64,000 bases of DNA from Oceanispirochaeta sp. (lineage in GTDB: Bacteria > Spirochaetota > Spirochaetia > DSM-2461). Made by a program: the position numbers and the translations under genes. The stretch covers positions 1,248,001 to 1,312,000 of the forward strand of contig CAXXOA010000001.1 of assembly GCA_963666275.2 (NCBI GenBank), given 5' to 3'. Below are positions 40,119 through 48,906 of the stretch, piece by piece. The notes beneath the pieces are model-generated. The model did not search any database. It was not told the origin of the DNA and was given only the letters and a program-made list of their open reading frames with translations. Position 1 is the first letter of the stretch; the number at the start of each line of letters is the position of its first letter.

Positions 40119-41054
40119 ATGATGAGAACATTTGTTGGTATGATAAAGAATAATTTTTCAAATCTATTTTCAATAATAGGCATTTTACTGACGATTTATT
40201 TTTCAGTATTCTACATTCCAAACTATACAGAAGAAATAATTTACAAAAGAATAGAGAATGTGAATAAAGAATTGATTAGCTCCATTCAGGAACTGATATA
40301 TAATAATCAAGATATATCTATTAACAATATTGAAACACTAATTAAAGGAAAAGAACTCAGGGATAATATTGAGTATCCATATTCCGTTGAAGAACTGTTA
40401 ATTCAAGTTCAAGAGACATTCATGTCTAACAACTTTATTCCTCTAGAAGATAGAAAAGTATTTTTTGATAAAACTGATAAGATTAGAAAAGAAATTGTAC
40501 ATATTCAAACTTCGCAGTTAGAGGGAAACAAAACAATAAATTTATTAGGTCTTATTGTATCAATTTTAGGCGTAGCTGTATCCACTATTGGTGGAATAAG
40601 TTTATTTCAGTCAATAAAGATGCAAAAGGAGACTGAAATAAATAAGGAAGTAGATAATAGGAAAGATGATTTTACAAATATTGTCATGAAAGCTATTAGT
40701 TTTGAAGAAAATGTTTACGATAAACTTAAATCTATTTTTGGAGAAAAATCTATTAAAAAAGCCGATCAAGAAAATTCAGGTGTGGATTTTATATTTCAAA
40801 GAGAAGATAAAAAAATCCTTATTGAAGTTAAGTATTCAGAGAGAGGTATATTGAATTCTCAATCTATAATGAAAATTGCATCAATTGCTAAAAGAGAAAA
40901 ATTACCAGTTATTATTATTACTAATTATGATATTAACGACAGTATATTGAATAGAATAAATAAGATTAACACTGAGTTCAATGAACCAATTTTGAAGATA
41001 ATATCAATAAAAAATATAAATAAAATTGAAAATATTATATCGGAGGTACTTTGA
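40119..41054 (+). CDS. Cassette 1 gene A: 2-TM protein with C-terminal restriction-endonuclease-like (PD-D/ExK) domain
   Basis: Two hydrophobic segments; FEENV...GVDFIF...ILIEVKY. Confidence 0.65.
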   Translation: MMRTFVGMIKNNFSNLFSIIGILLTIYFSVFYIPNYTEEIIYKRIENVNKELISSIQELIYNNQDISINNIETLIKGKELRDNIEYPYSVEELLIQVQETFMSNNFIPLEDRKVFFDKTDKIRKEIVHIQTSQLEGNKTINLLGLIVSILGVAVSTIGGISLFQSIKMQKETEINKEVDNRKDDFTNIVMKAISFEENVYDKLKSIFGEKSIKKADQENSGVDFIFQREDKKILIEVKYSERGILNSQSIMKIASIAKREKLPVIIITNYDINDSILNRINKINTEFNEPILKIISIKNINKIENIISEVL

Positions 41055-42208
41055 ATAAAAGGCTCAAATATGTAGAAGATAAAATTAGTAATTGGAAAAA
41101 AAATCTCGAGACATTTTTAAGGGAAAACGATTTATTTGATGATTCATTTTTCCACAGTTATTATGAATATTTTGATTGTGAGCCAAGTAGTTTTCCAGTT
41201 GTATTTGTATTAACAACTGAAGGTTCATTATGGACTGGTTTAAATTATGGATATTCACCGACTGAAAATTGTTTCAATGAGTATATTGAGAAGCAAGAGT
41301 TTTATTATGAAATCCATAGTAGTTGTGTATTACTTTTTTATCTTAGAGAGGATTCAGAACAAGAATTATTTGTGGATTATTTTAAATATCTTTGGGGGAG
41401 AGAAATATTAAAAGAGAACTATTCTCTATTACATAATGATCTATTGAAGGCTATTCAATCTAAAAAAATTGAATTTCATGATTTTAGTCCAAGAGAATTT
41501 GAATATTATATTAATAAGCTCTTTAATGATCTTGGTTACGACACAATTCTTGGTCCTGGTACAAATGATAAAGGAATTGATATTAGAATTATTTCAAATG
41601 ATACAAAAAACTATATTTTAGTTCAAATAAAAAGATATACTGATTCAAACCCAATACATCTCGAAGCAGTAAAAGCTTTATGTTGGGATGTTTACCATGA
41701 AGATAAAAAAGCAATTTCTGGATTATTTGTCACTACGTCAAGATATTTACCAGGAGTAAAGAAGTTTTCGGAAAATAAAAAAATAAAATTAGCAGGTAAG
41801 AGTGATATATACAATTGGAATAATGAAGCCATTAAAAGAAATAATCAAATTTTAGAAAATGTAAATGGTGAAGTTGCAAATTTTTTTTTGTCATATGATT
41901 ACACTAAAGATGTAATTGAAATTAAAAATTCAATTTTTGTTGAGACTTGGGGACATAATATGGTTCGGAATGATTTCTATTTAATTATTTACGAAATAAA
42001 TAATGTCAGTCTTATAATAAAAATTGATAATGAAAAGTTCACAGATCAATTTGGTCAAATCGGTTATGAACGACCCAAAATACCTAATGATTGGAAAAAT
42101 CATAAGATTGAGTTTGCAAGACGAAAAGATAATGATTGGCTTTCCGTTGGTGAGAAGTTCTTAATCCCATGGAATGGAGAGAATATGTATTTTAACTACA
42201 TGGATTGA
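41051..42208 (+). CDS. Cassette 1 gene B: Mrr-like restriction endonuclease domain protein
   Basis: SPREFEYY...LGY...DKGIDI...LVQIKRY...GLFVTTS. Confidence 0.8.
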   Translation: MNKRLKYVEDKISNWKKNLETFLRENDLFDDSFFHSYYEYFDCEPSSFPVVFVLTTEGSLWTGLNYGYSPTENCFNEYIEKQEFYYEIHSSCVLLFYLREDSEQELFVDYFKYLWGREILKENYSLLHNDLLKAIQSKKIEFHDFSPREFEYYINKLFNDLGYDTILGPGTNDKGIDIRIISNDTKNYILVQIKRYTDSNPIHLEAVKALCWDVYHEDKKAISGLFVTTSRYLPGVKKFSENKKIKLAGKSDIYNWNNEAIKRNNQILENVNGEVANFFLSYDYTKDVIEIKNSIFVETWGHNMVRNDFYLIIYEINNVSLIIKIDNEKFTDQFGQIGYERPKIPNDWKNHKIEFARRKDNDWLSVGEKFLIPWNGENMYFNYMD

Positions 42209-42215
42209 ATGCCAT

Positions 42216-42316
42216 GCATAACAAGCTTTTGATACTGTCTGCTCTATTGTCATGCTAATTGCAATGCGCAATAAGCACGCCAACTTAACGAACAGCAGCA
42301 TAAAAGAGTGTTATGT
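42216..42316 (+). other. attC site (cassette 1), 101 bp
   Basis: R'' GCATAAC, R' GTTATGT, internal dyad symmetry. Confidence 0.88.
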
Positions 42317-42386
42317 TGAAAAAATATAGATAAGTTATTATTGATTTTAAAATGACTGATTATATAATTAACTGAAGGAGTAAGAA

Positions 42387-42614
42387 ATGAAAAAGACTCA
42401 ACACGAATATGAAGAAATAATGATTAAAATACTAGATGATAAATCAAGTATAACAATCACTGAATTTATTGATTTTCTTGAAAAGAGGAATGATAACTGG
42501 AATGATCAACAAATTGTTAAAAATATAGTGTCCAATAGGTTTAATTCTCCTTCTCCATTTGTTAATGGGATATTAAAATATAACGAAACTACTGGTGAAA
42601 TAACAAAGGTTTAA
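42387..42614 (+). CDS. Cassette 2 gene A: small hypothetical protein
   Basis: AAGGAG RBS; 75 aa; ends 2 bp before gene B. Confidence 0.65.
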   Translation: MKKTQHEYEEIMIKILDDKSSITITEFIDFLEKRNDNWNDQQIVKNIVSNRFNSPSPFVNGILKYNETTGEITKV

Positions 42615-42616
42615 AT

Positions 42617-44473
42617 ATGGGAAGGATTCCAGGAGATAAAAAGGAAAAACAAAAGATATTAACTAAACTTGACTGTAAAACGTTAGCAGATATTACAGGA
42701 GATATATTATATTTTAATTACAATCATAATAATGTGAAAATTATGGATGGTCCTGGAGATGGAAAAAGAGATATATATTCAGAAGATGAATATGGAATAC
42801 CATGTATAACACAGTGCAAATATCATGAAGATCTTACCAAAACAGTCAGTTCTGATGAAACAGATCAATTAATTCTTGCTTTAGAAAAATTTAAAACAAA
42901 AAAAGGTTATTTTTCCACTACTTCATTTATTTCGCCCCAAGCGAAAAGGGAATATAAAGATAATTATCCAGGTTATTCATTAGATTTTTTTGAAGGATCA
43001 AATATAGTTGATGAGGTTTATTCAAGTCCAATATTAAAAAAAATATGGGTAGATGATATTCATTTTACAAAGCTAGATTTTAGCCTTAATATAGCTTTTG
43101 TTATTATTGATTTAAATAATTCTAAGATAATTAATGATATATTTGTGGAAGATGAATCAATTAAGTTCAACTTTATTAAACAAGCCTATTTTAATTCGAT
43201 TGTTTTTGATAAAAAATTTGATAATATTTTATCAAACGAATTCATTCATTGCTATGTTTCAACAATAAATAATTGCAATATTCATGATACAGATTCATTA
43301 ATAAATAAAATTCTAAGAGATATAATATCCACAAAACATAATAACAATGCTTTCTCAGTTGTTTTTTCATCACCTTATATTACAAATCATGATAATGAAA
43401 ATAAATACTTTTTGTTGGAAGATATTAAACCAATAATTTTTAATATTGATGCTAAAACAAATATAATAGATCACTTTGATTTTATTGTTCCAAAATCTAC
43501 AATAGACTGGGCTTTTCCTGAGAATTTATCTGTTGCTCAAGCACCTTGGGCTTGTTGGTATAATGAAAATATTGATTCTATGATGCAACTTTTTATTGAA
43601 AAAGAATTACCTTTACACTATTTGTCATATGAAACTCCATTTTTTGATTCTTTAAAGCTATATTTAAACAAATCGTTATTTGTGTCTGGTTCAATAAGAA
43701 ATATGAAAAGATTTATTAAAAAAATGAAAATAAATAATCCTGATTGGGAATGTAATTATGGATATAAATCAAAACTTTATGCATGGATGCATCCAATGAT
43801 AGAAATCTTACAGAATAGAAAATATTCAATGCAACAGAATAAAAGCAATTTAGAATGGAATATAATTCCAAATGAAAAGGTTGATTTAAATAAATATAAA
43901 GAATTTAAAGAAAATGTAGAATCATTTCTATATAAATATCATCTTGAACAAATAGATCTAGAAAAAGCTAATTTTATTTCAAAAGCAGAAAAAAAAGATC
44001 TTATAATAGATAAAATAATATACCAATTTGGTAGTGCTGAATTATTTCATGATTTCAATAAACTTCCATTGCCTTTAGATCAGGGAACAAGATTTACTAA
44101 TATTATTAAAATGTGGAAAGTTGAAGGAGATATTAAAAAAATAAGAAAAAGATTAGAAACTATTAATTTTTCTGATGATACTCTTCATGATTTATTAGTT
44201 GAAGTTAAATATGGGCCTTCTACAATGAAACTATTTATAAAAGTAACATTAACATTCGAAATAAAAAATTATCAGTCCTTTACTGTTTTTTTAGAAAATA
44301 ATAGTAGTAAAATCAATACAATCTTAAAAAATATAGATCATGATATAAAAAGCAAATTCTCTGAAGCTAGTGAAGGAACAAAAGAATTTCTGGTGGATGA
44401 ATTAGACTTTAAATTTGATAATAATAAATTTCAAGGAAGACCTTGGATTGCAACTGTACCTAATTCAACATAA
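42617..44473 (+). CDS. Cassette 2 gene B: N-terminal restriction-endonuclease-like domain, large unknown C-terminus
   Basis: DGPGDGKRDI...ITQCKYH...FSTTS; stop codon lies inside R''. Confidence 0.7.
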   Translation: MGRIPGDKKEKQKILTKLDCKTLADITGDILYFNYNHNNVKIMDGPGDGKRDIYSEDEYGIPCITQCKYHEDLTKTVSSDETDQLILALEKFKTKKGYFSTTSFISPQAKREYKDNYPGYSLDFFEGSNIVDEVYSSPILKKIWVDDIHFTKLDFSLNIAFVIIDLNNSKIINDIFVEDESIKFNFIKQAYFNSIVFDKKFDNILSNEFIHCYVSTINNCNIHDTDSLINKILRDIISTKHNNNAFSVVFSSPYITNHDNENKYFLLEDIKPIIFNIDAKTNIIDHFDFIVPKSTIDWAFPENLSVAQAPWACWYNENIDSMMQLFIEKELPLHYLSYETPFFDSLKLYLNKSLFVSGSIRNMKRFIKKMKINNPDWECNYGYKSKLYAWMHPMIEILQNRKYSMQQNKSNLEWNIIPNEKVDLNKYKEFKENVESFLYKYHLEQIDLEKANFISKAEKKDLIIDKIIYQFGSAELFHDFNKLPLPLDQGTRFTNIIKMWKVEGDIKKIRKRLETINFSDDTLHDLLVEVKYGPSTMKLFIKVTLTFEIKNYQSFTVFLENNSSKINTILKNIDHDIKSKFSEASEGTKEFLVDELDFKFDNNKFQGRPWIATVPNST

Positions 44474-44573
44474 CAAGCATTTGCTACTGTCAATTTTTCT
44501 GGCACGTATTTTGTGGTCACAAAATAAGCGCCAGCCCTTCGGGACAAAATTGCAGCAGAAATGGGCGTTACAT
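44468..44573 (+). other. attC site (cassette 2), 106 bp
   Basis: R'' ACATAAC, R' GTTACAT; inner stem TATTTTGTG...CACAAAATA; side hairpin CCCTTCGGG. Confidence 0.88.
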
Positions 44574-44586
44574 CGAAGAAGGATAT

Positions 44587-45777
44587 ATGATTGAAATAAA
44601 TTCTATTTTAAGAAAAAAATTACTGAAAGAAGATATCAAATATTACTCAGCAACACAAATAGATGAACTTTTTAAAAGAATAGATGAGCTACGAGCTATT
44701 TTTCCAGATGGGAATATTCTTGAGAAAATTTATTGCCGAATCCGCTGGTATGGTTCTGCAGGAATTGCAATAAGAAATAAAATTATAAAATTAACAATTG
44801 AGTATAATAAAAGATCTCATGATCAGATTATGGTTAACCCAACTATTGATACAGTATTAGATTTCAAAACAGTTCGAGTAAATTATAAAGGTAGAAACCA
44901 GCTAATTAATGATATTTGGAAAAATGAACATAAAAAGAATAACTTTGGTATTGCAGATTTAAGAGGGATTAATCTTAATAACGTACAGTTCAACTGGTTG
45001 TTTATTAAAAATGTCAATTTTATGTATTCAGACTTTGATTCTATATTAATAAATTACTGTAAATTTGAAAATACTCACTTTAGTTATAGTAATTTTTTTA
45101 AATGTTCAATTTTACAAAGTAAGATAATAAATAACACCAGTTTTAATAATTCAAGTTTTAAAAAAACTTACTTTGCAGGAATATCATTTAAGCACTTTTA
45201 TAATTCAAAAATTGATTATGCAAATACCTTTGTATTTATATATTATATTTTAAAAAATAGAATAAGAAAGAGAAGTTTTAATCCATTTTATGGATTACCA
45301 TTTACTATTATTGAAAATATACTTGATACAGGAGAAATTAAATCAAGGCAAATTGGATTGGAACGCTTTTCCAGAATAATTGACAGGATAGAACTCTCTG
45401 AATCGATTACTATGTATGAATCATATTCAAATTTTAGAGTAGTTATATACATATTAAATATTCTCATGACTAAGAACTGGACATCTTACATAAATATGTT
45501 TTTTTCATTTTTAGTATCCAACTTATTCTTTTCTTATCTCTATAGTCAAAGTATTAATGGCTTTATAACGGATTCAAAAGAAGTAACTCTTAGTCTACTC
45601 GATTCATTCTATTTCAGTATAATAACAATTACAACATTAGGTTATGGGGATATTTCTCCACATTCTATAACTGTAAAAATAATGGTGATTTGTGAAGTTA
45701 TATTTGGTGTAATTATATTAGGATTATTTGTTAATACTATTAGTGGAAAGATATCTACAAAGAAGTATTTACAATAA
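44587..45777 (+). CDS. Cassette 3: pentapeptide-repeat + 2-TM K+ channel domain protein
   Basis: ADLRGINLNNVQF-type repeats; YFSIITITTLGYGDI selectivity filter. Confidence 0.8.
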   Translation: MIEINSILRKKLLKEDIKYYSATQIDELFKRIDELRAIFPDGNILEKIYCRIRWYGSAGIAIRNKIIKLTIEYNKRSHDQIMVNPTIDTVLDFKTVRVNYKGRNQLINDIWKNEHKKNNFGIADLRGINLNNVQFNWLFIKNVNFMYSDFDSILINYCKFENTHFSYSNFFKCSILQSKIINNTSFNNSSFKKTYFAGISFKHFYNSKIDYANTFVFIYYILKNRIRKRSFNPFYGLPFTIIENILDTGEIKSRQIGLERFSRIIDRIELSESITMYESYSNFRVVIYILNILMTKNWTSYINMFFSFLVSNLFFSYLYSQSINGFITDSKEVTLSLLDSFYFSIITITTLGYGDISPHSITVKIMVICEVIFGVIILGLFVNTISGKISTKKYLQ

Positions 45778-45809
45778 TTCGATGTAACACATATAAGGGC
45801 TCCAGTTGT

Positions 45810-46250
45810 CAAGGAATAAAACAGCCCCTGAACTGAATTTTACTCCTTTCAGCTCCATAAAAAATTAAACATATGCCGTTATGCGATATAAATTATATCC
45901 TGTCTTGTTTCTATCAATGGGCTGCAGAAGATTCTGCTCCAAACACATATTGATGGTTACTCATAGAAATACATCCGTACCCAAAACTGTCACAATCAAA
46001 AAAGGAATTCACAGCAAGTGTGTTCCAGTTACTTACCGTGATCAGCCTGGTGCAGAATACTCTTTACTTCACATATTGGTCCTTTATAAGGGCCATTACA
46101 GAGGTCTAATCAAACAATTCTACTTCTCAAAGTTATTGAAGCAATCTGATCGTAGCGGGTTTTCTTCCCCAAAAAAATGACCGGAATTGCTTCTTCCTTA
46201 TGCTGGAATAGTTATATCGCAGGCTCCTCTGTAACGCCCAATCTCAGATC
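45810..46250 (-). ncRNA. Candidate bridge/seek RNA of the IS1111-type element (boundaries approximate)
   Basis: Position 3' of the transposase as in IS1111; short matches to attC cores and to the element junctions. Confidence 0.5.
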
Positions 46251-47288
46251 TGAATAAAATATCGTATAATCGAATGGTTCCCTCCTTTTTAGTATGTAAT
46301 ACACAGAACGAGCCAACTTATGAGAGATGATAGATAGGGCTTTCCCTCTGCCATATCGATTCATCAGTTTATTATGATAAAGTTTCGATCTGTCATTATC
46401 TTTGATAAAAAGTACTGCGGCCTCTGAAAATGCCCATTTAAGATGTGCATTACCAATCTTGGTATTTTTTGATCCCATACGCTTCCCTGACGATTCACGT
46501 GGGCATTTGACAAGCCGGCAGTAAGAGACGAAGTTTTGTACTCTAGGAAATCTTTTAATATCTTCAATCTCATAAAGTATGGTCAAACCAAGGATTTTCC
46601 CTATTCCGGGGACAGTTTTCAATAGTGAAAATGCAACCGGATCGTGAAATCTTGCTCCTTTGAGTATAATTGAATCCAGATTCCGAATCTGCTTTTCTAG
46701 GGTTGTTATTACAGCTAGGTCTGTCTGGATATTAATATTTACCAATGGAATAGTGAAATGCTCTGCTAAATCGTCACGGTTTATTTTGTAGGTGATCTTT
46801 TTCCCGATGGGAGGAAGATTATATTGATAATTTGTATTCTGAATATGGGAGAGAAAATCACTCTTTTTCTTAACAAGGTATTGTCTTCTTCTGAGAAGAT
46901 CCCTGGTTGCTCGCATCCGTGCTGGGTAAACATATGCCATGGGAATCATGCCGCCTCGCAACAGGGATGCTATTTTCATTGAATCGATCTTATCATTTTT
47001 AGTTTTCCCATTGCTGATTGCTTTCATATAAAGAGCATGCCCTAGCACGAAGGGGATGCTTTCTTTGGCACAAATATCTGCAATCCAGTACCAGGTAAAC
47101 ATACACTCAACGCAAACAACCAGGTCTTCTCGATAAGGATTTATAGCTTTAAGAAATACATCAGCATCAGTTTGTATATTTTTGTGATAGAGTATTTCAC
47201 CTGTTTGGTCCATAATACAGAGATACATCACTTTGGTATGGAGATCTATTCCGCAGTAATACTTATGCTGCTTGGTATAGAATGTCAT
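46212..47288 (-). CDS. IS110-family DEDD transposase/recombinase
   Basis: GIDLH, VEC, KNDKIDS, VPGIG, RESSGK; start placed at MTFYTKQ after AGGAGGTG RBS. Confidence 0.95.
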   Translation of the reverse strand: MTFYTKQHKYYCGIDLHTKVMYLCIMDQTGEILYHKNIQTDADVFLKAINPYREDLVVCVECMFTWYWIADICAKESIPFVLGHALYMKAISNGKTKNDKIDSMKIASLLRGGMIPMAYVYPARMRATRDLLRRRQYLVKKKSDFLSHIQNTNYQYNLPPIGKKITYKINRDDLAEHFTIPLVNINIQTDLAVITTLEKQIRNLDSIILKGARFHDPVAFSLLKTVPGIGKILGLTILYEIEDIKRFPRVQNFVSYCRLVKCPRESSGKRMGSKNTKIGNAHLKWAFSEAAVLFIKDNDRSKLYHNKLMNRYGRGKALSIISHKLARSVYYILKRREPFDYTIFYSDLRLGVTEEPAI

Positions 47289-47581
47289 AGGACACCTCCT
47301 TGATGGTAAATGACTCTTATATTTTATCATTCTCCGGGGAGCCCTTAATAAGTATCAAACAAATGATGCAGTCGAAGCTATAGATCACATTTCTTGCAGA
47401 AATTGCTTCGACAATGGAATTGTTCTTTTCAAATAACGAATTGGTGTTTAGAGTATAGATGCAAGAAAAGCGCCTATACCTGCCCTTCGGACAGGCCGCT
47501 CCGCAGCATATTTGGGCGTTATATAGCGTACAAATTGTATAATCAATTGACAATATGTACATGTGTGATAAAATTCAAAAT

Positions 47582-48748
47582 ATGATAAATAGGCAAATGG
47601 AGCAGGAATTACAGCTCCTAAAGAATGAATTCCCAATAATTGCGATACTTGGTCCAAGACAATCTGGAAAAACAACATTATCCAAAATAGTTTTTCCAGA
47701 ATATCAATATATTTCCCTCGAGGATATTGATCACCGAGAATTTGCGACTAATGATCCCCGCGGCTTTCTAAACAAATACTCAAAAAATATTATATTTGAT
47801 GAAATTCAACGTGTTCCACAGCTTATGTCTTATCTCCAATCCCATGTGGATAGTTTGAACGAGAATGGAAAAATAATTATAACCGGTTCCCATAACTTTT
47901 TCTTGATGGAGCAAATAAGCCAGTCTCTGGCAGGACGTGTAGGGATTACAAAATTATTACCATTTTCAATCTATGAGTTAACCAATGAACAGAAATCATT
48001 AAACGATCATATTTTTACAGGGGCCTATCCAAGAATTTATGATCAGAATATCAGGCCCGAAGTATTTTATAAAAACTATATTTCTACTTACATTGAAAAA
48101 GATATCAGGCAGATAAAACAGGTTACAAAACTCGATTTTTTTATGAAATTCATGCGATTATTGGCAGGAAGAACTGGCCAGGAACTGAATTTATCGACAA
48201 TTAGTGAAGAATGTGGTGTATCACATAATACTATAAGTGAATGGATCTCCATATTAGAAGCCAGTTTTTTAATCTATAAATTAAAGCCCTACCATAAAAA
48301 CTATAATAAACGTTTAGTTAAGAACTCAAAAATTTATTTCACCGATACAGGTCTAGTCTGTAGCCTGCTAGGGATACGAAAACCAGAGGAATTGGATTAC
48401 CACTTTTTAAAAGGAAATATTTTTGAAACATTTGTAATCTCTGAATTCATTAAAGGATGTTACAATACAGGTGAAAAATTCGATATGTACTTCTGGAGAG
48501 ATAACCATAAAAAAGAAATTGATTTGATTATTGATTATGGAATCGACAAATTCGGAATTGAGATTAAAAGAAGTGAAACCATCCAGGAGAAGTATTTTTC
48601 AGGATTAACATATTGGATGAATTTATCAGAGACAAAATCTGAGAATATGTTCCTTATCTATGGAGGAGAAGACTCCTATATTAGGAACAATATGAATATA
48701 AATGGTTGGAACAAAATCTTTAATGGTATAATCCAACGCGCTATATAA
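47582..48748 (+). CDS. Cassette 4: AAA ATPase with DUF4143-type C-terminus
   Basis: GPRQSGKTT, FDEIQ, ITGS, SLAGR, KIYFTDTG, EIDLI...IEIK. Confidence 0.88.
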   Translation: MINRQMEQELQLLKNEFPIIAILGPRQSGKTTLSKIVFPEYQYISLEDIDHREFATNDPRGFLNKYSKNIIFDEIQRVPQLMSYLQSHVDSLNENGKIIITGSHNFFLMEQISQSLAGRVGITKLLPFSIYELTNEQKSLNDHIFTGAYPRIYDQNIRPEVFYKNYISTYIEKDIRQIKQVTKLDFFMKFMRLLAGRTGQELNLSTISEECGVSHNTISEWISILEASFLIYKLKPYHKNYNKRLVKNSKIYFTDTGLVCSLLGIRKPEELDYHFLKGNIFETFVISEFIKGCYNTGEKFDMYFWRDNHKKEIDLIIDYGIDKFGIEIKRSETIQEKYFSGLTYWMNLSETKSENMFLIYGGEDSYIRNNMNINGWNKIFNGIIQRAI

Positions 48749-48906
48749 CATAAAAATGCACGAGACGTTCCTATTGTCACTTTTCTTGCAGAAAATCTTC
48801 AGTTAACCATAAAATTATTTCCAAATAAGAAATAGTTGTTTAAAATAATGCAAGAAAACCGCCAATGCCTGGCAAGCCAGGCCGTCACGCTGGTGATTTT
48901 GGCGTT
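48743..48906 (+). other. attC site (cassette 4, long type), cut after GTT by the IS1182-family element
   Basis: R'' ATATAAC (CGCTATATAAC complements GTTATATAGCG at 47518); R' GTT at 48904-48906. Confidence 0.85.

Larger units (their letters stand above)
45790..47357 (-). mobile_element. IS110-family, IS1111-type insertion sequence inserted in attC
   Basis: Sub-terminal IRs TAAGGGCTCC (45794-45803) / GGAGCCCTTA (47338-47347); CA core at both junctions; about 420-bp non-coding region 3' of the transposase. Confidence 0.88.
45782..47524 (+). other. attC site (cassette 3) interrupted by an IS; about 175 bp when reconstituted
   Basis: R'' ATGTAAC at 45782; remainder 47358-47524 aligns with the attC at 56749; R' GTTATAT at 47518. 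Confidence 0.85.

Noticed and set aside
45881..46180. 99-aa plus-strand ORF inside the IS
   Set aside because: No recognisable motif or RBS; it lies antisense in the IS1111 non-coding end.
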